Shown here in pieces: positions 46,463 to 55,892 of a stretch of 58,926 bases of DNA. Position numbers and translations under genes: made by a program. The notes beneath the pieces were generated by a model. That model was not told where the DNA came from. It was given only the letters and a program-made list of their open reading frames with translations, and made no database searches. The DNA lies in contig JACQHC010000046.1 in assembly GCA_016199245.1 (NCBI GenBank), positions 1-58,926 on the forward strand. Direction: 5' to 3'. Every line of letters begins with the position of its first letter. Position 1 is the first letter of the stretch. The stretch is from Gemmatimonadota bacterium. Lineage in GTDB: Bacteria > Gemmatimonadota > Gemmatimonadetes > Gemmatimonadales > GWC2-71-9.

Positions 46463-49400
46463 TCAGTTGAGCAGATACCGCAACCCGATCTGCGCGCGCC
46501 AGCGGGACAACAGCCCGGGGTCGTCAATGTACGTCTGTGCCGGGCCCGTGAAATTGAACACCGGAGCGCCGTTCACGTCGAACCGCGTGAGCGCGAGCGG
46601 CGACGTGGCCCGAGCGCTCGCCACTTTGCGGACGCCCCAGCTCGAGCTGATGAGGTTCCCCACGTTCAGGAGATCGACCGACAGCTGGAAGGCCTGGCGC
46701 GTGGCCCCCGCGCTAAACGCGAAGTCCTGCAGGATTCGGAGATCCACGTTGTTGTACCACGGATTCAGCGCCCCGAAACGCTCGGCGATCTGGCCGCGGT
46801 GCGAGCGAAGGTACTTGTCCTGCTCGATGAACGCGTTGAGCGCGGTCCACTGCTGCGCCGGTGTGATGTTGGTGCCGCAGATCGTGGCGCACACGTCGAA
46901 TTGGATCTCGCTCTGGCTCTGCGGGATGTATATCAGATCGTTCCCGCCCTGGCCGTCACCGTTCACGTCGCCGGCATAGATGAACGAGTACCGGTTGCCC
47001 CCGGCGCCCGCGAAGCGGTTGCCCTCGGCCACTTCCACGAATAGCGCGACGCGCGTTCGCAGATTCTCCGACCAGGCATGCTCATAGCTGCCGGAGCCCA
47101 CGATGCGATGCCGCTGGCCGAACTCGGAAAAGCTGAGGCCGGGGTTGTTGGGGTCGCCCTGAACGGGCTGGTTCTGCCACAGTACACTCGCGATCTCCGT
47201 GGACTTGAGCGAGTTCTTCGCTTGCGTGTAGCCGTAGGACAGGCTTGTCGCGAGGCCCGATGGGAATGTCTTCCGGAGCTGCGCCGTGACGCTGACGTTG
47301 TGCCCGTCGCTCGTGTTGTCGATGACGTAGATCCCGGCGCCGCCGTCAGGGTTCAGTTCGTTGGCGCCAAAGCCGCCATAGTAGGGACGGCCGTCCGGCA
47401 GCGTGCGAATGGGGGCCACAAGATCCCCGTTCCGCATGAACACCGCGTTGACGTCCTTGCCGTACATCACCTCGAGCGTGCCGAGCCAGCCGCCGGGGAG
47501 CTGTTGATCCAGGGCCAAGTCCGACGTCCATACCTGCGGCCACTTGAAGTCAGGGTCCATGGCGTTCAGGTCGAACGACTGCTGCAGAATGGCGTCGTCG
47601 GACGTGGCGATCTGCTGCCCGGTGGGGTTGAACGCGCCGTAGAGGTTGGGGTTGCCACCGGGGTTCGAGATCACATTGCCCACCCACACGAACGGCACCC
47701 GGCCCGTGAAGATGCCTGTACCACCCCGGAGCTGCGTGCGGCGCTCGCCTGCCACGTTGAGGTTGAAGCCTAATCTCGGGGACAAGAGCGGCGTGGCACC
47801 AGGCAAGCTGCTCTGGTCTACCACCTCGGATTGCCGATTCTCGTCCAGCGCCGTGAGGCCGCGCGAGAACGGGTTGTCCACGGGTTCCGTGAAATACAGC
47901 GGAAAGTCCACCCGGACCCCGAACGTGAGTCTCAAGCGCTCGGTCGCCACGAGTTCATCCTGGGCGTAGAACGCGAGCTGACCCACGTCGATGGTCTCGC
48001 CTTTGTACGATGCCGTCGCCGGCGTGATCATTGCCCGGAAGTCCTTCTGTCCCGGGCCCGGGCTCGTGGCTGTGAAGAAGTCGTTCAACGAGGAGAACGT
48101 GCTCCCGATCGGAATGAAGTATGGCAGGAAGAACACGCCGTGGCGGAAGATGTTGAACGAGTTGAAGAATGAGAACAACTCGAAATTCGCCCCCAGCGTG
48201 AAGACGTGACGTCCGCGGAACAGGCTCAGGTTATCCGTGAACTGGAGCACGTCCTGATCGAGAATATTGTGGATCGAGAAAGGCTCGTGGCCCACGGTCG
48301 TGTAAGTGACCCCCGCCTCCCCGATTTCGACCGTCGGGAAGTCCCCGCTGAACGGCTGGCGGAAGTCGCGGAAGCGGTTGTAACTCGCGAAGAACCGGTT
48401 CGCCAAGGTCGTGCCACGGCTGTTCACCTCCAGCGCGAATGAGTTCAGGTTGTTGTTGATGGCGTAGCCGGAGTTATAGAACGGCAGGCTGCTCTCGTTC
48501 GGCCCCCGCCCCGTGTTGTTCACCGACAGGACGAACGGATGCGGCGGCAGGTCCCGCTTGGCGTCCAGGAAGTTGTAGCGCAGCGAGACGTTGTGGTCCA
48601 CGCTGGCGTTCCAGTCCAGCCGGAGCAGTAGCTTGTTGTTATCGGTCTCGTGGATGTAGCCCTCGTACTCCCCCGGATCGTAGTTGTACTGCGCGATCAT
48701 CCGCTGGCGAATGGAGTCCATGGTGGACGCCCGCACCCGCGACACGCCGAATCCGGGGGCGCCCGTGCTCCGATTCGCCACGAAGTTGGTGCCGGGATCG
48801 TCGGTGCGCTCGATCTCGCCGTTCAGGAAAAAGAACAGCTTGTCCCGCACCAGCGGCCCGCTGAACGCTATTCCGGACTGGAGGAACGTGAGGTCGGGGT
48901 TGGCGATGACCGGGGAGCCCTTCACGGTGTTGCCCAGAAGGTCCTCATTTCGGAAGAACGTGTAGGCGGAGCCGCGGAACTCGTTGGTGCCGCTTTTGGT
49001 GACCGTATTGACGTTCGCGCCAGTAAACCCACCCTCGCGTACGTCGAACGGGGCGAGCGAGACCTGCACCTGCTCCACCGCATCGTAGGGCACCGGCTCG
49101 GCGTTGGTCTGGCCGCCCGGAGCGGGGTCGTCAAGCCCGAACGGGTTATTGAAGTAGGACCCGTCGAGGGAAATGTTGTTGTACAGCCAGTTCCGCCCTG
49201 CAAATGCGAAGTTGCCGTCGTTTCTCGGGTCCAGGCGGATCAGGTCGCGCGTGCTGCGCTTGATGGACGGGATCGAGAGCACGGCCGGCGCGTTCACGAA
49301 AGTCGCGGCGCCAGTCCGGCCGGAGTTCATCACCTCGTCCGCCGGGGCGGATACCTCGACGGCGGCAAGCTGCACGGCCTGAGGCCACAGCCGGAAGTCC

Positions 49401-49732
49401 AGCCGCTGGTTCACGCCGAGATCGAGCGAAAGTTCGGTGAGGGTGTCGGGACGGTATCCGATGAGCGTCACCCTGATCCGATACGGTCCGCCCACCCGCA
49501 TGTTCGGTATGTTATACGCCCCGCCGGACCGGGAAACGGCGCGGTACTGGGTGGCGCTGGGCAGGTGCACCGCCAGGATCGATGCCTGGAGGAGCGGGGC
49601 GCCTTCGCGATCGGTGATCAGGCCGTGAATCCCTGACGTGGTGACACCCTGGGCGAACAGCACTGCCGGCAGCAGCGGTACGCCGCACGCGAGCGCCAGG
49701 AGCCAGGTCGGCAGCCGCATCCTGTACACCAT
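46463..49732 (-). CDS. TonB-dependent receptor with an N-terminal carboxypeptidase-regulatory-like domain
   Basis: GGGAGG lies 7 nt upstream of ATG 49732, followed by a signal peptide. The segment GIHGLITDREGAPLLQASILAV...YRIRVTLIGYRP is the CarbopepD_reg fold. A long beta-barrel rich in Y/F/N/G follows. Confidence 0.85.
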   Translation of the reverse strand: MVYRMRLPTWLLALACGVPLLPAVLFAQGVTTSGIHGLITDREGAPLLQASILAVHLPSATQYRAVSRSGGAYNIPNMRVGGPYRIRVTLIGYRPDTLTELSLDLGVNQRLDFRLWPQAVQLAAVEVSAPADEVMNSGRTGAATFVNAPAVLSIPSIKRSTRDLIRLDPRNDGNFAFAGRNWLYNNISLDGSYFNNPFGLDDPAPGGQTNAEPVPYDAVEQVQVSLAPFDVREGGFTGANVNTVTKSGTNEFRGSAYTFFRNEDLLGNTVKGSPVIANPDLTFLQSGIAFSGPLVRDKLFFFLNGEIERTDDPGTNFVANRSTGAPGFGVSRVRASTMDSIRQRMIAQYNYDPGEYEGYIHETDNNKLLLRLDWNASVDHNVSLRYNFLDAKRDLPPHPFVLSVNNTGRGPNESSLPFYNSGYAINNNLNSFALEVNSRGTTLANRFFASYNRFRDFRQPFSGDFPTVEIGEAGVTYTTVGHEPFSIHNILDQDVLQFTDNLSLFRGRHVFTLGANFELFSFFNSFNIFRHGVFFLPYFIPIGSTFSSLNDFFTATSPGPGQKDFRAMITPATASYKGETIDVGQLAFYAQDELVATERLRLTFGVRVDFPLYFTEPVDNPFSRGLTALDENRQSEVVDQSSLPGATPLLSPRLGFNLNVAGERRTQLRGGTGIFTGRVPFVWVGNVISNPGGNPNLYGAFNPTGQQIATSDDAILQQSFDLNAMDPDFKWPQVWTSDLALDQQLPGGWLGTLEVMYGKDVNAVFMRNGDLVAPIRTLPDGRPYYGGFGANELNPDGGAGIYVIDNTSDGHNVSVTAQLRKTFPSGLATSLSYGYTQAKNSLKSTEIASVLWQNQPVQGDPNNPGLSFSEFGQRHRIVGSGSYEHAWSENLRTRVALFVEVAEGNRFAGAGGNRYSFIYAGDVNGDGQGGNDLIYIPQSQSEIQFDVCATICGTNITPAQQWTALNAFIEQDKYLRSHRGQIAERFGALNPWYNNVDLRILQDFAFSAGATRQAFQLSVDLLNVGNLISSSWGVRKVASARATSPLALTRFDVNGAPVFNFTGPAQTYIDDPGLLSRWRAQIGLRYLLN

Positions 49733-49863
49733 CACGTATCCTCCCTTGGAAAGCTCGCCGCGCGGGGTGACCGGCCTCATCCGGAGGGCGCCGGGGCCGG
49801 GTCGGGCGGCGAGTCGCCATGAGAGGTAGTTGGCGGCCCGGTTGTGTCAAGTCGGCCACGTCG

Positions 49864-50595
49864 TCACGCGGCCTCGTGCAGCCTCCGGGCGACCTCGATG
49901 ACATCGTGCGGGTGTCGGGCCGCGTAATCCGGACGATGGGGCCAGTTATCGAACTCCATAGAGCCGGTGAAACTCACGGCCACCGTGACGATCTCCACGG
50001 GCGTGTCGGTCTCGGCCAGCGCGGCGCGGGCGTTGTGCGCGCAGCGAATGTCAGTCTGGTGGTCGCCCAGATACAACATCATGCCGGGTGCGCAAGCCGT
50101 GAGCGCCCTCAGGCAATCGAGCAGGCCGTCGGGCGCAGGCTTCTGGCGCCGAATGTCCACGTCCTCCCAGCCCACGATGTGACGGAACCGATCCTGCAGG
50201 TTCGCCTCGCGGAGGGACCGCGCGATCTGATGTCGCCCGTTCATGGACACGATGCCGTGCGGCACGAACGCCAGCGCCGCGAGCACCGTGGCGACGCCAT
50301 CGAAGACCGGCGCGACGGTGTCGTCTTCCATTTGATAGCGGGTCCACATGCGTCCCACCCGGTCGGTCTCCTCTTCGGAGAAACCGAACTCACGCGCGTA
50401 TAGGTCCCGCCAGTTGGCGTAGCTTCGATTCACCTGGTCATAGACGGACCAGTCGCGCAGAGCGGGAAACGAGTCGAGCGGCCGCTGGGCGACCTCGGCC
50501 ATGATGCGCCGGACCACGTTGTAATTGCGGCGGCGAGAGTCCACAAGCGTGCCGTCGAAGTCCCAGACAACAGCGGTCAGAGTTCGGGCAGACAT
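49864..50595 (-). CDS. HAD-superfamily hydrolase
   Basis: Motif I VVWDFDGTLVDS sits directly after ATG 50595, and a later YLGDHQTDIRCAHNA segment matches motif IV. The track start 50688 reads through an intergenic repeat. Confidence 0.75.
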   Translation of the reverse strand: MSARTLTAVVWDFDGTLVDSRRRNYNVVRRIMAEVAQRPLDSFPALRDWSVYDQVNRSYANWRDLYAREFGFSEEETDRVGRMWTRYQMEDDTVAPVFDGVATVLAALAFVPHGIVSMNGRHQIARSLREANLQDRFRHIVGWEDVDIRRQKPAPDGLLDCLRALTACAPGMMLYLGDHQTDIRCAHNARAALAETDTPVEIVTVAVSFTGSMEFDNWPHRPDYAARHPHDVIEVARRLHEAA

Positions 50596-50600
50596 GACAA

Positions 50601-50700
50601 GCCAAGATAAGAGGCGTAAGGGGTAAGAGGTGAGGGGCCCATGACGAAAGGCGTGGGGGTGAGAGGTGAGGGGAGGCGCCCCCCTCACGTCTCACGCCCT
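50601..50700. repeat. Purine/G-tract-rich element: two direct ~18-nt repeats plus a 15-bp interrupted hairpin
   Basis: Direct repeats ggggtaagaggtgagggg (50620-50637) and ggggtgagaggtgagggg (50656-50673). The hairpin is GTGAGA-g-GTGAGGGG (50659-50673), a 7-nt loop, then CCCCTCAC-g-TCTCAC (50681-50695). Confidence 0.6.
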
Positions 50701-50766
50701 GGTCCATGGCTGCGGGGCCACCATTGCCGTTTGCCGAAAGGCGGTCCAGAATTGCAATCCGTCGCT

Positions 50767-52977
50767 ATGTACCGTATTGAGGGTCTCGCCAAGCTCGCCG
50801 GGCGCGAGCGCTACGTAGACGATCTGCCCCTGCAGGACTTCCTCTGGGGCATGACCGTCCGGAGTCCGGTCCCGCGGGGCCGCATCCGCGCGATCCGGTT
50901 CGCGAAAGACGTCGACTGGCGCGAGTTCGTTGTGGTGGACCATCATGACATCCCCGGCCCGAACGAAGTGTTGCTGATCGAGCGTGACCAGCCAGTCCTG
51001 GCGGCTCAATACGTCCGACACATGCACGAGCCCGTGCTGCTGGTCGCGCATCCGTCACGGGATGCGGTGCGCCGCGCCGTCCGAGCCATCGAGGTCGTGG
51101 TGGATCCCGAGGAGCCGGTGCTCGACTATCGCAAGCCTCCGCGGCCCGATCAGGTGCAGTACGGATCGGACAACGTGTTCAAACGGATCACGATCGCCAA
51201 GGGCGACGTGGAGCGAGCATTCGCCGGGGCGGCCGTGGTGGTCGGGGGCGTGTACGAGACCGGCGCGCAGGAGCACGTGTATCTGGAGACCCAGGGCATG
51301 ATCGCCCGGCTGGAGGGTGATACGGTCGTGGTCGTGGGGTCCATGCAGTGCCCCTACTACGTGCTCACCGCCCTCATGCACGCCCTGAAGCGCGACGAGC
51401 ACCGCGTACGCGTGGTGCAGGCGCCTACGGGCGGCGGGTTCGGCGGCAAGGAGGAGTATCCGTCGCACGTGGCGCTGCACGCATCGCTGCTCGCATTGAA
51501 AGCGCGGCGAACGGTGAAGATCGTGTACGACCGTGGCGAGGACCTCGCGGCCACCACCAAACGCCATCCCGCGTGCATTCGGCACCGCACCGGCCTGGCC
51601 CAGGACGGGCGCCTGCTCGCGCAGGACATCGAGATCGTGCTGGACGGCGGTGCGTACGTGACGCTGTCGCCGGTGGTGTTGAGCCGGGCCGCGATTCACG
51701 GTGCGGGGCCGTACCGCTGCGACCACGTTCGGATTCAGGGGCGGGTGATGCTCACCAACGCGGTTCCGTATGGCGCGTTTCGCGGATTCGGCGCCCCGCA
51801 AGTCCAGTTCGCGGTCGAGCGGCACATGGATGTGATCGCTCGGCGGCTGAACATGGACCCCGTCGAGGTGCGCCGCATCAACCTGTTGCGCGACGGAGAC
51901 ACGACGGCAACCGGCCAGGTGATCCGCGACGGCGTGGACCGGATCCGCCTGATGGAGCGCGCGGTGGAACTCTGTGGCTACCACGCAAAACGGCTGGATC
52001 ACGCCAGGCACAACGCCAGCGACGCCACGACACGCCGCGGCATGGGGATCGCCACGTCCTACCACGGCTCGGGCTTCACGGGGGCGGGCGAAGTGAGGCT
52101 CAAGTCGCGCGTCCACGTCGCGGGCCTCGCGGGCGGCCGCGTAGAAGTCCGCACGGCCAGCGTGGAAATGGGACAGGGGACCCTCACCGTGTTTACCCGC
52201 CTCGCGGCCGATCGCCTGGGCCTGGCGCGGGAGGATGTCCTCATCGCGGAGCCGGACACCGGCCGGGTGCCGGACAGTGGCCCTACGGTTGCCTCGCGCA
52301 CGGTCATGGTGGTGGGGAAGCTCGTGGAGCGCGCGTGCGACGATCTGCGTCGCCAGCTCGAGCTGGGGCGGGAGACGCGCGGCGACACGCTCCGGGATGC
52401 GATCAGGGCGTGGCATCGGGAGCATCGCGGCGCGGAGCTGATCGGGGAGGCCGTGTATAAGAAGCCTCCTGGCATCGAGTGGGACGACACGAACTACCGT
52501 GGCGACGCGTATGCCGCGTTCGGGTGGGGCGCGCATGCGGCCGAGGTGGAAGTGGACCTGCGCACAGGAAACATGAAGGTGCTCGACTTCGTGGCCGTGC
52601 TGGACGTCGGGACGGTGCTGGCGGAAACGCTGGCCCGCGGGCAAGTGCAGGGAGGCGTGGTTCAGGGGATCGGCTGGGCGCTCATGGAAGAATGCAAGTT
52701 CCTGGGCGGCGCGATGGCCAACAACCAGCTCACCAACTACGCCATCCCGACTAGCGCGGACGTTCCGCCGATCCGGGTGGTGTTCGTGGAGACGCCGTTC
52801 GAGCACGGGCCGCAAGGAGCCAAGGGACTTGGGGAGCTGCCGGTCAACGGGACTGCGCCCGCGGTTCTCAATGCGATTGCCGCGGCTACGGGGACCTCCC
52901 CCGGTAACATCCCGCTGACGCCGGAAGTGATGCTGGACCTCCTGGAACGCGGCGCCGGAACCGCCGTGGTGGGCTGA
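50767..52977 (+). CDS. Xanthine dehydrogenase-family molybdopterin-binding large subunit
   Basis: The start MYRIEGLAKLAGRERYVDDL is the typical N-terminus. Also GGGFGGKEEY, GAFRGFGAPQ, and the C-terminal GAKGLGELPVNGTAPAVLNAI. The track start 50641 reads through the repeat. Confidence 0.85.
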   Translation: MYRIEGLAKLAGRERYVDDLPLQDFLWGMTVRSPVPRGRIRAIRFAKDVDWREFVVVDHHDIPGPNEVLLIERDQPVLAAQYVRHMHEPVLLVAHPSRDAVRRAVRAIEVVVDPEEPVLDYRKPPRPDQVQYGSDNVFKRITIAKGDVERAFAGAAVVVGGVYETGAQEHVYLETQGMIARLEGDTVVVVGSMQCPYYVLTALMHALKRDEHRVRVVQAPTGGGFGGKEEYPSHVALHASLLALKARRTVKIVYDRGEDLAATTKRHPACIRHRTGLAQDGRLLAQDIEIVLDGGAYVTLSPVVLSRAAIHGAGPYRCDHVRIQGRVMLTNAVPYGAFRGFGAPQVQFAVERHMDVIARRLNMDPVEVRRINLLRDGDTTATGQVIRDGVDRIRLMERAVELCGYHAKRLDHARHNASDATTRRGMGIATSYHGSGFTGAGEVRLKSRVHVAGLAGGRVEVRTASVEMGQGTLTVFTRLAADRLGLAREDVLIAEPDTGRVPDSGPTVASRTVMVVGKLVERACDDLRRQLELGRETRGDTLRDAIRAWHREHRGAELIGEAVYKKPPGIEWDDTNYRGDAYAAFGWGAHAAEVEVDLRTGNMKVLDFVAVLDVGTVLAETLARGQVQGGVVQGIGWALMEECKFLGGAMANNQLTNYAIPTSADVPPIRVVFVETPFEHGPQGAKGLGELPVNGTAPAVLNAIAAATGTSPGNIPLTPEVMLDLLERGAGTAVVG

Positions 52978-53532
52978 GTGGCGGGTCACAAGAAGCGCGG
53001 TTCCGGCACCAAGCGAGGCTCGCCGGCGGGAAAGCGCCGCGCAGGCGCGCGGCCGGCACTGGCCGCGCAGGAAACGGTCAGCGTCGCGGTTGACGTCAAC
53101 GGAGTCTCGGTCGCGCTCGACGTACCGGCGGACGAGCGGTTGCTCGACACGCTGCGCTATCGCCTGGGCCTGACAGGGACGAAGGAAGGGTGCGGAGAGG
53201 GGGAATGCGGCGCCTGCACCGTGTATGTCGACGGCGTGCCGGTGAACGCCTGCCTCGTGCCGACCTATCAGGTCCGCGGTGCCGCGGTCCGAACCATCGA
53301 GTCGGTAGATTCCGGCGAGCTGCAGCCGTTCCTCGCGCATGGCGCCACACAGTGTGGCGCGTGCACGCCGGGCGTGATCATGACGGCCTGTTGGGTCCGC
53401 GATCATCCGGAGCTGCTCGAGCGGCATTCCATTCGCGAGTTGATGGCTGGCAACCTGTGCCGCTGCACGGGCTATGACGGAATCGCCGAGGGCCTCGCCA
53501 CGGCGCTCTCGCCCGGGACGCCGTCCCCGTGA
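52978..53532 (+). CDS. (2Fe-2S)-binding small subunit of the molybdenum hydroxylase
   Basis: GCGEGECGACTV and QCGACTPG / CRCTGY cluster motifs. An unusual ~33-aa K/R/G-rich N-terminal extension is present, and no alternative in-frame start lies nearer the domain. Confidence 0.85.
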   Translation: MAGHKKRGSGTKRGSPAGKRRAGARPALAAQETVSVAVDVNGVSVALDVPADERLLDTLRYRLGLTGTKEGCGEGECGACTVYVDGVPVNACLVPTYQVRGAAVRTIESVDSGELQPFLAHGATQCGACTPGVIMTACWVRDHPELLERHSIRELMAGNLCRCTGYDGIAEGLATALSPGTPSP

Positions 53533-54362
53533 GCGTTCTCCTCCCCGACTCCACTCGCGCGGCCCTCGACATGCTGGCCGAGACCCGCGGCGCCGCCGTG
53601 CCGCTGGCGGGCGGGACCGACCTATTGGTCCACTGGCCGGTTCGATTGGACGACCACGAGAGGACGTACCTGGACCTCTCGGGCGCGCGCGAGTTGAGAG
53701 CGTATCAGTGGACTGACGAGGAGCTGGTCCTGGGCGGGCTCACGACCTATTGGGACGTGTTGACCGACACAAGAGTGTGGACGCACTTCCCGCTGCTCAC
53801 GCACGCCGCGCGGCAGGTGGGCGCGATCCAGATTCAGACGCGGGGCACGTGGGCGGGCAACATTGTGAACGCGTCTCCGGCTGCGGACGGCGTGCCGGTC
53901 CTGATGGCCTACGACGCCATTGTCGTGCTCGCATCCGTGGCGGGCCAGGAAGAAGTTTCGCTGGCGGACTTCTACACCGGCTACAAGGAGATGCGCCGTC
54001 GCCCCGACCAGCTCATCGTGGCGATCCGTGTCCCGCGGCGCGCGCACGCCGTGCAGATCTTCGAGAAGGTCGGCCAGCGCCGCGCGCAGGCTATTGCCAA
54101 GGTGGGCCTTGCCGTCACGCGCTCCGATGCGGGGTGGCGCGTCGTGGCCGCCAGCATGGCCCCAACCGTGCGCCGGTGCCCGGCCGTGGAGCGGTTGCTC
54201 GAGGAACAAGCACCCGTGCACGGGCCAGAGGACTTCCTCGCGGCGATCGAGCGCGACGTCACGCCGATTGACGACATCCGCTCGACGGCGAGGTATCGCG
54301 CGCGGGTCATGGCCAACCTGCTGTACCACGATCTCCGCGGGGTCTGCAACTTCATCCAGTGA
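53529..54362 (+). CDS. FAD-binding medium subunit (CoxM/XdhB-like)
   Basis: VPLAGGTDLLVHW, GAIQIQTRGTWAGNIVNASPAADG, and C-terminal DDIRSTARYRARV. Confidence 0.85.
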   Translation: MSVLLPDSTRAALDMLAETRGAAVPLAGGTDLLVHWPVRLDDHERTYLDLSGARELRAYQWTDEELVLGGLTTYWDVLTDTRVWTHFPLLTHAARQVGAIQIQTRGTWAGNIVNASPAADGVPVLMAYDAIVVLASVAGQEEVSLADFYTGYKEMRRRPDQLIVAIRVPRRAHAVQIFEKVGQRRAQAIAKVGLAVTRSDAGWRVVAASMAPTVRRCPAVERLLEEQAPVHGPEDFLAAIERDVTPIDDIRSTARYRARVMANLLYHDLRGVCNFIQ

Positions 54363-55797
54363 GCGCGCGCCGGGACTCTGGAGTTGAACGGAGCACTGGC
54401 GCCTTGCCGATCGGGCGCAGCCCCTGGACCGCGGCCGCCAGCCCCAGCACCGATTCTTCTCCCATCGGGCGACCCACGATCTGGAGACCTACAGGCAGGC
54501 CGTGCGAGTCGAGGCCGCACGGAACGGATGCGACCGGGAGGCCGGTGAGACTGAGCACGAACGTCGGAGCGAGCCAGTCCACGTACGTTTCCATCTGCTT
54601 GCCGCCGACCGTGCGCGGATAGTTCTCCTCCACCGGGAACGGCGGCACCGCCATCGTGGGCGTGAGGAGATGGTCGAAGCGCGCGAACACGTCGCGCAAC
54701 CGGTGCCAGATCGCGCCACGCGCCTGCTCGGCAGAGCCGAGATCGCTCACGCCAGTGGCGAGTCCCGCCCTGGTATTTCCCGCCACGTTGGGGCCGAATC
54801 GGTCCAGCTTGTCGAGCCGCGGGTACATCTGTGTCACGAACCACAGGCCGCGGAGCGCCAGGAAGGCCTTCCGGCCGAACGCCAGATCGAGACTGATGAC
54901 CTCGACATGGGCTCCCGCGGACTCGAGCGCCAGGACCGCCTGGCGACACCCGTGCTCGATGTCCGTGTCGATGCCGATACCCACGACATCGGGGCAATAG
55001 GCCAGGCGGAGCCCAGCCCGCGTCTGTGCGCGGGCCGCGGCGGCGAAGTCGCGCCCTGCCGTTGGCTGTGCGAGCGGCGCCCAGGCGCTCGGGCCCGCGA
55101 TCGCCTGAAGCATGAGGGCCACGTCTTCAGCCGTGCGCGCCACAGGCCCCGTCACCTGGAGCGTGTCCCACACGTAGTCCGATGGGTGCGTCGGCACCAG
55201 CCCCACCGAAGGCCGCAGCCCCACCACGCCGCAGAACGACGCCGGGATGCGCAGCGAGCCGCCGAGGTCGGTGCCCTGCGCCAGGGCGATCATGCCGGTC
55301 GCGAGAGCCGCCGCGCCGCCGCCGGTGGAGCCGCCCGCGCTTCGCGACAGGTCCCACGGATTCCGCGTGCGGCCGAAGACCTCGTTGAATGTGTTGCCAC
55401 CCGCCGCGAATTCGGGCGTGTTGGTCTTGCCGAGGATGATGGCACCGGCCTCCCGCAGCCGGCGCACGACGAGGGCGTCCTCTGCCGGGACGAAATCCGT
55501 ATACAGCGGCGAGCCGTAGGTCGTGCGGAGTCCCGCCACCTCGGTGACGTCCTTGATGCCAACCGGCACGCCGCACAGCGCGCCTATCTCGTCGCCGCGC
55601 GCGATGCCACGCTCCAACACGCGGGCGTCATCCAGGGCGCGGGGATTCAAGGTCACGACGGCGTTGATCGCCGGATTGTACCGCTCGACCCGCTCGAGAC
55701 AGGCCTGTACGACCTCAACCGGGGAAAGCTCACGGGTGGCGACGAGCCGGCGCAGCTCGGAGGCGGGGAGGTCGGGCATGTCGTGGGGAGTGGGCAT
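54352..55797 (-). CDS. Amidase-signature (AS) family amidase
   Basis: GVPVGIKD and the AS signature SAGGSTGGGAAALATGM...GTDLGGSLRIPA. Its 3' end overlaps the convergent CoxM-like gene by 11 nt. Confidence 0.85.
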   Translation of the reverse strand: MPTPHDMPDLPASELRRLVATRELSPVEVVQACLERVERYNPAINAVVTLNPRALDDARVLERGIARGDEIGALCGVPVGIKDVTEVAGLRTTYGSPLYTDFVPAEDALVVRRLREAGAIILGKTNTPEFAAGGNTFNEVFGRTRNPWDLSRSAGGSTGGGAAALATGMIALAQGTDLGGSLRIPASFCGVVGLRPSVGLVPTHPSDYVWDTLQVTGPVARTAEDVALMLQAIAGPSAWAPLAQPTAGRDFAAAARAQTRAGLRLAYCPDVVGIGIDTDIEHGCRQAVLALESAGAHVEVISLDLAFGRKAFLALRGLWFVTQMYPRLDKLDRFGPNVAGNTRAGLATGVSDLGSAEQARGAIWHRLRDVFARFDHLLTPTMAVPPFPVEENYPRTVGGKQMETYVDWLAPTFVLSLTGLPVASVPCGLDSHGLPVGLQIVGRPMGEESVLGLAAAVQGLRPIGKAPVLRSTPESRRALTG

Positions 55798-55812
55798 GGC
55801 AGGCTAGAACAG

Positions 55813-55886
55813 CGATGTTCGATATTCGATATCCGGTGTTCGAGCATCGGATATCGGACATCGGATATCGAACATCTGGCATCTCA
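55813..55886. repeat. 7-nt-periodic CGAT-rich palindromic element, copy D (best example)
   Basis: Ten consecutive heptads: cgatgtt cgatatt cgatatc cggtgtt cgagcat cggatat cggacat cggatat cgaacat ctggcat. The outer 12 nt GATGTTCGATAT / ATATCGAACATC are perfect complements. It lies between the cyclase stop and the amidase start. Confidence 0.75.
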
Positions 55887-55892
55887 CTCGTG

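Noticed and set aside
50641-50766. N-terminal extension of the molybdenum hydroxylase large subunit (MTKGVGVRGEGRRPPHV...). Similar over-extensions occur at 17281, 19138, 22905, 25160, 28059, 33718 and 50688.
   Set aside because: The extensions read through intergenic repeats or divergent promoter regions and give low-complexity peptides. Canonical family N-termini, signal peptides or SD-preceded starts lie downstream.
51055-53427. 790-aa minus-strand ORF
   Set aside because: It is antisense to the molybdenum hydroxylase large and small subunit genes, which have clear family motifs. Its arginine-rich composition marks it as a shadow.
54352-54362. 11-nt overlap of the convergent 3' ends of the CoxM-like and amidase genes
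   Set aside because: Short convergent overlaps are common in compact high-GC genomes, and nothing further suggests regulation.
55813-55886. Possible CRISPR array (regularly spaced short repeats)
   Set aside because: The period is only 7 nt, there are no spacers, the element is palindromic and under 80 nt, and there are no cas genes. It is interpreted as a REP-like element.
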